From an uncultured delta proteobacterium (GTDB taxonomy: Bacteria; Myxococcota; Kuafuiibacteriia; Kuafuiibacteriales; Kuafuiibacteriaceae): a DNA stretch of 64,000 nucleotides. The position numbers and the translations under genes were made by a program. This document shows, piece after piece, positions 26,748 through 36,668 of the stretch (positions within the stretch are counted from its first letter, which is position 1; each line of letters begins with the position of its first letter). Under the pieces are notes generated by a model. The model was not told the DNA's origin. It worked only from the letters and a program-made list of their open reading frames with translations, and searched no databases. The stretch spans positions 3,040,001-3,104,000 of the forward strand of contig CAWDML010000001.1 in the NCBI GenBank assembly GCA_963803435.1. Reading direction: 5' to 3'.

Positions 26748-28931
26748 GGATTCGGTGCCCCGGACGATTCCCCGCTGGCCTGCAGCTCGACGTCGCGGAT
26801 CATCTTGTGCACGCGGGAGGCGTCGGGCGCGTTGGGGCGCAGCTGAACGTACCGGCGATAGTGCAGCACCGAAGCCTGGGTGTCGTCGAGCTGCGCGTAG
26901 AGCACCCCGAGCAAACGGTGGCACTCGGCGAACGTCTCGTCCTTCTCCACGCACTCCACCAGCGCGTCTTTGGCGGCGGACAGACGTCCTGCCAGCAGGG
27001 CCTTCTTGCCCTTGGTGAAGAGCGCGCGCACGGCCGACTGATCGTGCTTCGGTCGGCGCGGCACCACCCGCCGAACCTTCACGGGGGGCGGCGTGGGATC
27101 GCGGGCGGTCGTTGGGGTGGGATCTTCGACGTCGGCCTCGGGATCGGCGTCTTCGGCGTCGTCACCCTCGGGCGGCTCCACCTCGGCCACCTCGGGGGGC
27201 GGCTCCTTGAGGAGCGATTGCTGCTTCAGGAGGAGGACGTCGACCTGCCCGCACATCCGGTACGACTGGGCGGGGTTCGCGAACTTCACGCCCGACTTGC
27301 AGAGCCGCTGGGCCTCCTCGTACCGCTTCTCCTCGAAGAGGCCCTTGAGCATCCGGTCGTTGGCGTCGTCGTCCGAGCCGCTGAGGAGCGAGAGCCCGAT
27401 CGCCGCGACCACGCCGGCCAGGACCACGATCGCCACCAGGAGCACCAGCGGCCGTCCCTTGCCGGTACCGGGCGCGCGCTCGAGGGCCGGGACCGCCGGC
27501 TGGGGCTTCGTGAGCTCGACCTCCATGTCGGCGGCGATCGCCCCTCCGGCGGTCGGTGCGGTGGCCGACGCCGCGGCGCGCGACGACACGTGATTGATCT
27601 CGGTGGGCCGCTCGTCTTCGGTGGCGCGCTTCGGCGCCGCGCCATTCTTGGGAGAGTGCGAGTCGTTGCGGCGCCGCGGGGCGGGGCTCGGCTTGGTCTC
27701 GACCTTCGGCGCGAAGACCTCGTTCATGCTGAGGGCCGACAGCGGCGTATCGGTGACCGTGGCGGCCGTCGACGGATCGTAGCCGCCGACCTCGTTCGGC
27801 ACGTCGACCGCCTTCATCGGGGCGGGCTCGCGCGCCTCCCGCGACGGCGGCTCGACGCCGGCCTCGCGCATCTCGCGCGCCTCCTCGTCGGTGGGCGCGA
27901 AGTCCTCGGTGGCGGGGACGAAGCGGAACCGCACGTGGCCGAGCTCGATCAGAATCTCCCTTGCGAAGATCCGTCATCGCGTACTCCTCGCCGTTGACGA
28001 GGATGCCGTTCGCGCTCTGGAGGTCGATGATCTTGTGAGTGCGGCCGTCGTACAGGATCTTGGCGTGATTGCGGGACACCGAGCGGTGCTCGATCACGAT
28101 GTCGTTGTCCTCGACCCGTCCGATGATCAGCTCGGGGCGCGTCAACGCGAACTCGCGGCCCGCGTAGTGGGTGCTGACGCAGATCAGGCGCGGGACCGCG
28201 GCCATCCGTGAGGGTCCGACCGACAGGGACTTGGTGGGCTCGTCGTCCCCCGGCTTGACGACCGGCGCCGCGGCACCGCTGAAGAACGGCACGCGCGCCG
28301 GCGTGGGGCTGGCGGGCGTGGGGAACGGGGGGAGCTGCGGCGAGTGGTGCTTGACGCCGTCCTTGTGCCCCACCGGCAGGGTGTGCTCGGCCGGGATCGT
28401 CTGGGCGATCGCCGCGGGGAGCTCGGGCGGCGCCGGTTGATCGACGATGGTGTCCCGCGTCGAGACCTGCGGACCGGGCGGCGCACCTTCTGCCAGGATC
28501 TCCTCGGGCAGGCGGAAGTCGGGGACCGTTCCGACCGCCGGCCAACCTTCCGGTTTGGCGGTCGGCACCTCGTCGTCGGCGGCGTCCTCGACCTCCTGCC
28601 GTTGCAGCGCCAGGTGGTAGTCGCCGATCTCGACGAGATCGCCTTCCTTCACCTCGTACCGACCGCTGATCCGCTCACCGTTGATGCGGATGCCGTTGTA
28701 GCTGTCGAGGTCTTCGATGTAGACGGCGCCGTTCGCGCGCAACAGCTTGGCGTGGCGGCGCGAAACGTTCCGCTCCATCAAACGGATCGTGTTGCCATCC
28801 CTCCGACCAATGGAGATGTCGCCATTTGCCAGGGGGTAGACGGTCGTCTTCCCCTCGTCGTCCTCGATGATGAGCTTGAAGATCGTCGCCACGGGGGACG
28901 GGCCTCGGACCGCCAACGTCTCGGATACCAT
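26744..28931 (-). CDS. Double-FHA-domain membrane protein with C-terminal TPR, split by a single-base frameshift at ~27953
   Basis: FHA1 IGRRDGN...VSRRHA...SYNG and FHA2 IGRVEDND...VSRNHA...SANG; removing one base restores KGDLIELGHVRFRF and joins the TM+TPR ORF 26744-27934. Confidence 0.8.
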
Positions 28932-28963
28932 GGTGATTTCGGGTGGTAAAGGCGGCCCCCGTC

Positions 28964-30178
28964 CTACCTCCTGATCGGCTCCGAAACCCGCTTGCTGGGC
29001 GTACCTTTAACCCAACGACGAAGGAGCGTCAGGGCGGCCTCGAGCTGGTTGTCGGCCGGCTCGGGTGGATCGGCCTCCGAAGGGGAACCCCGGTTCGCCG
29101 CCAGCGGCACGACGACATCGGGGGTGATACCGGTACCTTGGATCGATCGATGGTGCGGTGTGAAGTAGCGCGCAATCGTCAGCTTCAGGGCCGAGTGATC
29201 CTCGAGCTCGATCACGGTCTGGACCGAGCCCTTCCCATACGTCTGGGTACCGACCAGCATCGCCCGTTTGTGATCCTGAAGCGCGCCGGCCACGATCTCG
29301 GACGCCGACGCGGTCCCTCCGTTGACCAGGAGGACCAGCGGGTAGCTCGACTCGGTACCCTTCGGATGCGCGAGCTCCAGATCGGGCGGGCGGTTGCGCC
29401 CCTCGGTCGACACGATCACGCCGCCCGACAGCCAGGTGTCGGCGACCCGTACGCCCTCATCGAGGAGACCGCCCGGGTTGTCGCGCAGGTCGAGGATCAA
29501 GCCCGGCAGCGGCCCGTCCTTCTCCAGCTGCTTCAACGCCAAGCTCACGTCGTGTGAGGTCCGCTCGGAGAAGCTCTTGATCTTGATGTAGCCGAAGCCT
29601 TCGCCGAGCTTCTCGGAGACGACGGAGAGGATCCGGATCCGATCGCGCGCGAGGATCACCTCGTCGACGCGACCGCTCGGGCGCTGCACCATCAGCGCAA
29701 GCTGCGATCCGGGCGGTCCCTTGATCCGCTGCACCACGTCGGCGAGCGACATCTCGGTCACCGAGCGCCCGGCCACCGACGCGATCAGATCGCCGACGGC
29801 GATCGCGGCGCGCGCCGCCGGGGTCTCGGGGTGCACCTCCACCACCACCACGGCGTTGTCCCGCTTCACGATCTCGATGCCGATGCCACCGAACTCGCCC
29901 TGCGCCTCGCTCTTGAGCGCCGCGAACTGATCCGGCTCCATGAACGTCGAGTGCACGTCGAGCGTGCCGAGCATTCCGCGGATCGCGCCGTAGATCAGAT
30001 GATCCGAGGCGGTGTCCTCCACGTAGTTATTCTCGACGTAGTTGAGGACGCGCGCGAAGATGGCGAGCTTCGCGTAGGTCTGATCGCCGTCGTCCCTACC
30101 GGCGAGCGCGGTCGAGAAGAGCGCTCCCCCCGCGAAGGCCGCCAGCACCGTGGTCGCTCGAAAGAGGAACCTCTGCAC
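28964..30178 (-). CDS. ctpA: Carboxyl-terminal processing protease (S41, PDZ)
   Basis: GEFGGIGI, DLRDNPGG, TASASEIVAGALQD, TYGKGSVQ, GITPD. Confidence 0.92.
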   Translation of the reverse strand: MQRFLFRATTVLAAFAGGALFSTALAGRDDGDQTYAKLAIFARVLNYVENNYVEDTASDHLIYGAIRGMLGTLDVHSTFMEPDQFAALKSEAQGEFGGIGIEIVKRDNAVVVVEVHPETPAARAAIAVGDLIASVAGRSVTEMSLADVVQRIKGPPGSQLALMVQRPSGRVDEVILARDRIRILSVVSEKLGEGFGYIKIKSFSERTSHDVSLALKQLEKDGPLPGLILDLRDNPGGLLDEGVRVADTWLSGGVIVSTEGRNRPPDLELAHPKGTESSYPLVLLVNGGTASASEIVAGALQDHKRAMLVGTQTYGKGSVQTVIELEDHSALKLTIARYFTPHHRSIQGTGITPDVVVPLAANRGSPSEADPPEPADNQLEAALTLLRRWVKGTPSKRVSEPIRR

Positions 30179-30187
30179 GGACCGATC

Positions 30188-31297
30188 TTACTTCGTGAGC
30201 CAAAGAAGAGGATCGACCGGCTTCTTGCCCTCGCGGATCTCGAAGTACAGGTAGGCGCCCTTGGTGGATCCGGAGTCACCGACGTAGCCGATCACCTGGT
30301 ACTGATTCACCTTCTGCCCCACGCGCACGTCCAAGGACTCGCAGTGGGCATAGAGCGTGTACCAGCTCCCCCCGTGATCGATGATCGCGAGCAGCCCGTA
30401 GCCCTCCAGGGCGTCGGCGTAGACCACCGCCCCACCGAACACGGCCCGGATCGGGGTCGATTGGGCGGCGCGCACATCGAGGCCCTTCGACACCATCACC
30501 ATGCTCGACTCGGGATCGACCTTCTTGCCGAACGTCATCTCCAGGCGGCCGGTGGCGGGCCAGGGGAGGCGTCCTTTTTGCGCCCCGAAGCCGCCCTCGG
30601 CGGGCTCGGGCGCCGGCTCCAGGCCCCGCACCCGCGTCAGCTCCTTCTCCAGGCGCTTCGCCGCCGACTTCAGCTCGCGCGCCAGCCGCTGATAGGTCTG
30701 CTTCTCCGAGCGGATCGCGTCGAGCAGCGCCGCGCGTTCGGCCTTGAGCAGGAGCGCCTGCTCGGTCTCCTCGGCGAGGCCCGCCGAGAGCTCGGCGAAC
30801 CGGTTCTGCTCGCCGGCGAGCTCGGCCTTCAGGTTCTTGTCCTCGGTGCTCGCGTCACGCGCGGAGCGGATCAGGCCGGCGTCGTAGGCGAGCACGAAGC
30901 GCAGTCGATCGCGGACCCGCCGCACCTCGCTCTGATCGGAGATCCGCGCCAGGATGGAGGCGATGCTCGTCCGGCGGATCCGGTGCATCGCGGCGGCCCG
31001 CCGTCCTGCCAGGACCCGCAGCTTCGCCAGCTCCCGCTCCTTGATCTCGATCTTCTCGTCGAGCCCGTGGATCTTCTCCTCGATCCGCTTCGACAGTGCG
31101 GCCAGCTCGTCCATCGAGCGTTGCTTCTCCCGGATGCCCTGCTCGAGATCCATGAGGCCGCGCAGGATCGAGCTCTCCTCCCGCTTGAGATACTCGACGC
31201 GCACCCGATCCTGGGCGATGCGCTTCCGGATCGCGTCGTAGTCGGGGTGCGGCTGTGCCACGGCGCCGATCGAGAGCAGGATGGCGATCGCGTGCAT
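30188..31297 (-). CDS. envC: Murein hydrolase activator EnvC (coiled coil + degenerate M23)
   Basis: Coiled coil, KGRLPWP, SKGLD in place of HxxxD, YLYFEIR; located between ftsX and ctpA; ATG at 31297. Confidence 0.8.
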   Translation of the reverse strand: MHAIAILLSIGAVAQPHPDYDAIRKRIAQDRVRVEYLKREESSILRGLMDLEQGIREKQRSMDELAALSKRIEEKIHGLDEKIEIKERELAKLRVLAGRRAAAMHRIRRTSIASILARISDQSEVRRVRDRLRFVLAYDAGLIRSARDASTEDKNLKAELAGEQNRFAELSAGLAEETEQALLLKAERAALLDAIRSEKQTYQRLARELKSAAKRLEKELTRVRGLEPAPEPAEGGFGAQKGRLPWPATGRLEMTFGKKVDPESSMVMVSKGLDVRAAQSTPIRAVFGGAVVYADALEGYGLLAIIDHGGSWYTLYAHCESLDVRVGQKVNQYQVIGYVGDSGSTKGAYLYFEIREGKKPVDPLLWLTK

Positions 31298-32208
31298 CAC
31301 AGCTTGAGGAACTTGCCGACCGCGAGCACGCTGCCGAGCAGCCCCAGGCCGAAGCCGGCCGCGATCAGGTACCCGAGGTATTCGATCGGAACGAACGAGA
31401 GCGAGATGGGACCGTACGCGTAGCTGAGACCGCGCTCGATCCCGACCCGCAGCGCGCCCTCGAGGAGGACCAGGCTCAGCCCGGCGAGCGAGCCGCCGAT
31501 GATCCCCTGGATCGCGCCCTCGAGCACGAAGGGCGCCCGCACGAAGGCGCCGGTGGCGCCGACCAGGCTCATGATCTCGATCTCGTCGCGGCGCGCATAG
31601 ACGGTGAGGCGGATGGTGTTCGACACGATCAACACGGTGCCGAGACACAGCGCGACACCGAGGATCACCACGGCGATGCGGGCGAAGCCGAGCAGCGCGT
31701 TGACCCGCTCGATCTCGTCCTGACCGAAGCGGACGTCGGCGATCAGCGTCGATCCCTGGAGCCGCCTGCTGACCGCCTCCACCTCCAGGACCGTCCACGC
31801 GCGAGCGGCCAGCCGCACCTCGATCGAGGGCGGGATGACCTCGGCGGGCAGACCGTCGAGGAGCACCGCGTCGGCGCCGAGCGACCGCTTGAACTCCGTC
31901 ATGGCCAGCTCGGAGGTGACGAACCGAGCCCGCTCCACCTCCGGCCAGGATCCGATCTCCGCCACGTACTGCTTGACGTCGGCGGCCGCCACCTCGGGCG
32001 CGAGGTAGGCCGAGACCTCGACGTCCCGCCCGAGCTCGTCGGCGACGCGGGCCAGGTTGTCCACCACCACCACGAAGGTCGCGAGCACGGCGAGCGCGAC
32101 ACCGATGGTACCGACCGCGAGGAGCGTGACACCGAGGGAGCGGGCCAGGGCGGAGAGCGCCATCCGCAGGAAGAAGCGCAGCCTCGGAAGCACGATCGCC
32201 GGGAGCAT
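31297..32208 (-). CDS. ftsX: Cell division permease FtsX
   Basis: IVSNTIRLTVYARRDEIEIMSLVGAT..FVRAPFVLEG, four TM helices; ATG at 32208. Confidence 0.92.
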   Translation of the reverse strand: MLPAIVLPRLRFFLRMALSALARSLGVTLLAVGTIGVALAVLATFVVVVDNLARVADELGRDVEVSAYLAPEVAAADVKQYVAEIGSWPEVERARFVTSELAMTEFKRSLGADAVLLDGLPAEVIPPSIEVRLAARAWTVLEVEAVSRRLQGSTLIADVRFGQDEIERVNALLGFARIAVVILGVALCLGTVLIVSNTIRLTVYARRDEIEIMSLVGATGAFVRAPFVLEGAIQGIIGGSLAGLSLVLLEGALRVGIERGLSYAYGPISLSFVPIEYLGYLIAAGFGLGLLGSVLAVGKFLKL

Positions 32209-32245
32209 ACGCACATCCCGGGAGAACGTGAAAGGTGAGCGTCGG

Positions 32246-32440
32246 TCAGAGCACGACGAACCGGACGATCGCAAAGACGACGAGCGGGATCAGGATGACA
32301 GCGGCGAAGATGATCGCGTAGCCCCCAAACATGTTCCCCAACGGTGGTGTGTGCTCGCCGCGAAGGCCGTACGGTCCGATGTCGCCCTCCGGGATCGGGT
32401 CGTCCGGGGCCGGATCCTCGTCGTCTGACCGCCCTTCCAC
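32246..32440 (-). CDS. Small membrane protein
   Basis: 64 aa with acidic N-terminus and one C-terminal TM helix. Confidence 0.5.
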   Translation of the reverse strand: MEGRSDDEDPAPDDPIPEGDIGPYGLRGEHTPPLGNMFGGYAIIFAAVILIPLVVFAIVRFVVL

Positions 32441-32499
32441 GGGCTCCAGCTTACAAAATCGTTGACCCCCCGTGGGGCCTTTTGTTCATTGCGCCTCGC

Positions 32500-33483
32500 A
32501 TGCTCCGGCTGCCCAAGTTCGAGGTCGCCGAGCCCGCGACCGTGGCGGAGGCGGCAGCGCTGCTGGCAGCGCACGGCGATCGTGCGCGGGCCATGGCCGG
32601 CGGCACCGATCTGATGCCGAACATGAAGCATCGTCTGGTGACGCCCGAGCTGGTGGTGGGGCTGTGGCGGATCCAGGGTCTCACGGGGGTGAAGAAAGAG
32701 CGCGGCCAAATCCGGATCGGCGCCCTGACCACGCTGCACGCGCTCAGCGAGGACCCGATCGTCCAGCGCGAGCTCCCGTCGCTGGCGGAGGCGACCGGGA
32801 TGGTGGCGGGCCCGCAGCTCCGCCGCATGGGGACGATCGGCGGCAACGTCTGCCTCGACACGCGGTGCGTGTACATCAACCAGACCTACTTCTGGCGTCG
32901 CGCGCTCGGGTTCTGTCTGAAGAAGGATGGGACGGTCTGTCACGTGGTGAAGGGCGGCCGGCGCTGCGTCGCCGCGGCCAGCAACGACAGCGCGCCGGTG
33001 CTGATGACGCTGGGCGCGACGCTGCGGATCCAGAACGTCTCCGGCGAGCGTGAGGTCTCGATCGACGACTTCTACACCAGCGACGGCGTGTTCAATCAGG
33101 AGCGCCGCCCCGACGACATCGTCACGGAGATCATCGTGCCGGTGCCGGGGCCCGACACCGTGATGGCGTACGCGAAGCTCCGGACCCGGGCGGCCATCGA
33201 CTTCCCGGAGCTGGGGGTGGCGGTGCTCGCGCGCACGGCGGACGGTCTGATCGCGCACGCGGACGTCTGCGTCACGGCCCTCGCCTCGCGTCCGATCCAC
33301 CTCTCCAAGCTCGAGCCGATCACCCGCGGCCGCCCCCTCGACCGCGCCGCCATCGACGCGATCGCGGCCGAGGCCTACCGCCGCTGCAAGCCGCTCTCGA
33401 ACATCGCCTCGGATCCGGCGTATCGCCGCGAGATGGTGCCGGTCTTCGTGAGGCGTGCGTTCAAACAGGCGCTCGCGCGATGA
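32500..33483 (+). CDS. Xanthine-dehydrogenase-family FAD subunit with Fe-S insert (4-hydroxybenzoyl-CoA reductase beta / HcrB-like)
   Basis: AGGTDL, RRMGTIGGNVC, Cys-rich insert CLDTRC...FCLKKDGTVCH...RC, KLRTRAAIDF, YRR. Confidence 0.85.
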   Translation: MLRLPKFEVAEPATVAEAAALLAAHGDRARAMAGGTDLMPNMKHRLVTPELVVGLWRIQGLTGVKKERGQIRIGALTTLHALSEDPIVQRELPSLAEATGMVAGPQLRRMGTIGGNVCLDTRCVYINQTYFWRRALGFCLKKDGTVCHVVKGGRRCVAAASNDSAPVLMTLGATLRIQNVSGEREVSIDDFYTSDGVFNQERRPDDIVTEIIVPVPGPDTVMAYAKLRTRAAIDFPELGVAVLARTADGLIAHADVCVTALASRPIHLSKLEPITRGRPLDRAAIDAIAAEAYRRCKPLSNIASDPAYRREMVPVFVRRAFKQALAR

Positions 33484-33815
33484 GGTCGGCGCTCGTCCTG
33501 GTCGTCGTGCTCGCCGGGTGCGGCGGCGGCGACGGACGGGTCATCGGCGATCAATGCAACAGCGGCAACACGTGCGGGGTGAACCCGCGCGCAGCCTGCA
33601 TCCTGGCCTGGCCGGAAGGCTATTGTACCGAGCTCGAGTGCGTCCTTGGTTCTTGTCCTTCGGGATCCCGGTGCGTTACACGCGTGTCCTTTCCCAATGT
33701 TCCGTTCGATGCCTTCTGTTTGGAGACCTGCGAGGCGACGGCCGAGTGCCGCGACCAGTACCGGTGCGTCGAGGTCTCCGCGACCGCGAAGGTCTGCGTT
33801 CCTGCTCAGCCTTAG
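33480..33815 (+). CDS. Small Cys-rich lipoprotein
   Basis: Lipobox VLAGC, PEGYCT, many Cys; start overlaps the upstream stop (ATGA). Confidence 0.75.
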   Translation: MRSALVLVVVLAGCGGGDGRVIGDQCNSGNTCGVNPRAACILAWPEGYCTELECVLGSCPSGSRCVTRVSFPNVPFDAFCLETCEATAECRDQYRCVEVSATAKVCVPAQP

Positions 33816-34068
33816 CCCGCTGGCGCTCCTCCTCCTCTTCGCCTGTCACGGCCCCTGCCAGACGTTGGCGGAGCGGATCTGCAGCTGCGAGCCCAGCCGC
33901 CTGCTCGAGCAGGGCTGCCTCGAACAGGTGAACAGCGCCATGCAGCGACTATCGGCCAACAGCGCCGAGGAGGCGGCCTGCAGCGATCTCCTGGACACCT
34001 GCGACTGCGATGCGCTCGAGCGTGACGATCTGGCGGCGTGCGGGCTGGCCAAGCCGGAGGGCTCGTGA
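33697..34068 (+). CDS. Small Cys-rich lipoprotein (start uncertain)
   Basis: LLLLFAC lipobox followed by PCQTLAERICSC...CDC...CG; stop overlaps the next GTG. Confidence 0.55.
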   Translation: MFRSMPSVWRPARRRPSAATSTGASRSPRPRRSAFLLSLSPLALLLLFACHGPCQTLAERICSCEPSRLLEQGCLEQVNSAMQRLSANSAEEAACSDLLDTCDCDALERDDLAACGLAKPEGS

Positions 34069-35384
34069 CCGTCGTGGACACCGCGGAACGGCTCATCGAG
34101 GCCGGCGCCCGCGATCCCGAGGCGCGCGGTCTGTCGACGGTGGCGCGATCGCTGATCGGCAGCGAGATCCTCCGGATCGCCTACGAGGTCCGCGCGATCA
34201 TCGACGCCGGCACGAACGTCCTCGATCTGACGGTCGGCGACTTCAACAGCGCCGAGTTCCCCATCCCCGATGCGCTCCGGGAGGGGATCGTCCGGGCGCT
34301 CGCGGACGGACACACGAACTATCCTCCGGCCAGCGGGGTCCGCAGCTGCCGTGAGGCGGTCCAGGCCATGTTCGAGACGCGCCTCGGCCTCCGCTATCCG
34401 CTGGAGTCGGTGATGATCGCGGGCGGGGCGCGCCCCATGATCGCGGGGACGTACCTCTCGCTGCTCGATCCGGGCGAGCACGTGGTCTACGGCCTCCCCT
34501 CCTGGAACAACAACCACTATCGCGTGATGGTCGGCGCGCGCGCGGTCGAGATCTCGACCACCGTCGAGAGCCGCTTCTTTCTCCGGGCGGACGACGTCGC
34601 ACCCCACCTCGAGAAGGCTCGCCTCGTCTGCCTCAACTCGCCGCAGAACCCCACCGGAACGGTCATCGACGCGGCGGAGCTGGAGAAGATCGCGCGCGCG
34701 ATCGTCGAGGAGAACGAGCGCCGCGAGCGCTCGGGCCGCCGCGCGCTCTACCTGATGTTCGATCAGGTGTACTGGCTGCTGACCTTCGGGGACACGCGCC
34801 ACCATACGCCGGTGGAGCTGGTCCCGGAGATCGCGCCCTACACCATCTTCGTCGACGGCATCTCAAAGGGCTTCGCGGCCACCGGGCTGCGCGTCGGCTG
34901 GGCGGTCGGCCCGCCGGACGTGATGAAGCGGATGGGCGCGATCCTCACGCACATCGGGGCCTGGGCGCCGCGGCCCGAGCAGGTCGCGACGGCGCACCTC
35001 CTCTCCGATCGCGCCACGGTCGACGCCCACCTGACGACGATGCGGCGCGAGGTCCTCGCGCGCCTCGAGCTCCTCTCCAAGGGGATCGAGTCGCTCCACG
35101 CCAAGGGCTACGACGTGGAGGCGATCGCACCTCAGGGCGCCATCTATCTCTCGATGCGCATCAACATCCGCGGCAAGCGCACGCCGGACGGCAAGGTCCT
35201 GGAGACCGACGAGGACATCCGCGAGTACCTCCTCCACGCCGCACACATCGCGCTGATCCCCTTCTCTTGCTTCGGAGTGCAGGAGGATTGCGCCTGGTTC
35301 CGCGCCTCCGTCGGCGCCGTCAGCAAGGCGGATTGCGAGTCGATGGGCGCGCGCCTCGAGCAGGCCCTCTCGCTGCTCGGCTAG
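34065..35384 (+). CDS. PLP-dependent aminotransferase class I/II (aspartate aminotransferase-like)
   Basis: LTVGDF, NSPQNPTG, FDQVY, DGISKGFAATGLRVGW, PQGAIY, WFRAS. Confidence 0.9.
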   Translation: MTVVDTAERLIEAGARDPEARGLSTVARSLIGSEILRIAYEVRAIIDAGTNVLDLTVGDFNSAEFPIPDALREGIVRALADGHTNYPPASGVRSCREAVQAMFETRLGLRYPLESVMIAGGARPMIAGTYLSLLDPGEHVVYGLPSWNNNHYRVMVGARAVEISTTVESRFFLRADDVAPHLEKARLVCLNSPQNPTGTVIDAAELEKIARAIVEENERRERSGRRALYLMFDQVYWLLTFGDTRHHTPVELVPEIAPYTIFVDGISKGFAATGLRVGWAVGPPDVMKRMGAILTHIGAWAPRPEQVATAHLLSDRATVDAHLTTMRREVLARLELLSKGIESLHAKGYDVEAIAPQGAIYLSMRINIRGKRTPDGKVLETDEDIREYLLHAAHIALIPFSCFGVQEDCAWFRASVGAVSKADCESMGARLEQALSLLG

Positions 35385-35474
35385 AGACCCGGGTGGGCTC
35401 GCAGTTTTCGGGTGTCGACGCGGGGCTGCGCCAAAACGGAATTCGAGTGAACTCGAGCGTTTGAAGCAGCCTCG

Positions 35475-36623
35475 CTAACTGGACTTGGGGACGCCGTTCT
35501 TGCCGTGCTCGCGATGCGTCACCTGCGTGACGCGGGTGGCCCGCGATGCGAGCCAACCTCGGACCACCGGGAAGATCTCGTCCGGAGCGCGGCGGCCGAG
35601 CAGCAGGCTGCCGTGCCCATAGTCGTCCTCGCAGCCGGTCGCGCTCCCGAACACGCGGAACGTGACATCGCGGGAGCTCGCCCGATCCCGGACGTGCGTG
35701 ATCGACGACGGCGGCGCGATCCGATCGTGCGAGCCGGCGATCAGGAGGAGCGGCTTGTCGATGCGGCGGAACTCGTCCTCGTCGACGCACCCGCCGGCGG
35801 TGCAGAAGGATCCGGTGTGGAGCCACTCGATCCCCTGGCGCGCGACGCCGGGATAGACGTCGTCCGCCAGCGACGCGAACACCCTGCGGAGCACGGGACC
35901 GGACATCGTCCGCAGATCCGTCAAGACGAAGCGCCCGATCAGCTGCACGAGCCACGCGATCGGGAGGCCGAGCTTCCCCAGGAGCGCGAGCGGGACACGC
36001 AGGCCGAGGTACACGAGGAACAGGCCGGGGAGGCGCACCATCCAGGCGCCGATCTGCTGGAAGCGCAGCGTGCCCGGGCTCGCCAGCGTCACCAGGCCCG
36101 CGACCTTCTCGGCGGCCGGAAGACCGCGCGCGTGGAGGAGGTACTGGAGAATTCCGCCCCACGAGTGGCCGACCCAGAAGAGCCGCTCGGCGCCGGAGAG
36201 ATCGAGCACCGTCTCGATGGCGAGCGGGACGTCCTCGGAGACCTCGTCGTCGACGCTCCAGTCGGCGCCCTTCGGCACCCGCGCCCGCCCGCGGCCGCGC
36301 AGCTCCACCACCCAGGTGTCGAACCCACCGCGCACGAGGGCGCGGGCCAGCGACAATCGATCGCTGCCGGTGCCGTCGTCGGTGAAGTCCATGTTGAAGC
36401 GGTTGGCGCCGAGGCCGTGGCAAAGGAGAAGTGGCTCCCTAAATCGGCGGTTTTCCGGCGGATAGTGGTAGAGCGCGATGTGGTGTCCGACGGTCGGCAG
36501 CTCCACCTCGATCGTCTCCACCACCGGCTCGGGCAGCCGGTACCTGCGCGTGAGGATCACCACCGCGAGCCCATACACGATCGCCAGCGCGAGCAGGATC
36601 AGCGCGATCACGGCGGCGTCCAT
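35475..36623 (-). CDS. Alpha/beta-hydrolase (lipase / PHA-synthase-like) with N-terminal TM helix
   Basis: HGLGAN, nucleophile elbow GHSWG, AGSHDRIAP, DYGH. Confidence 0.85.
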   Translation of the reverse strand: MDAAVIALILLALAIVYGLAVVILTRRYRLPEPVVETIEVELPTVGHHIALYHYPPENRRFREPLLLCHGLGANRFNMDFTDDGTGSDRLSLARALVRGGFDTWVVELRGRGRARVPKGADWSVDDEVSEDVPLAIETVLDLSGAERLFWVGHSWGGILQYLLHARGLPAAEKVAGLVTLASPGTLRFQQIGAWMVRLPGLFLVYLGLRVPLALLGKLGLPIAWLVQLIGRFVLTDLRTMSGPVLRRVFASLADDVYPGVARQGIEWLHTGSFCTAGGCVDEDEFRRIDKPLLLIAGSHDRIAPPSSITHVRDRASSRDVTFRVFGSATGCEDDYGHGSLLLGRRAPDEIFPVVRGWLASRATRVTQVTHREHGKNGVPKSS

Positions 36624-36668
36624 CGTCGGGCTCCCTCCCCTCCCACGCCCATGCTACGTTAGCCCACC

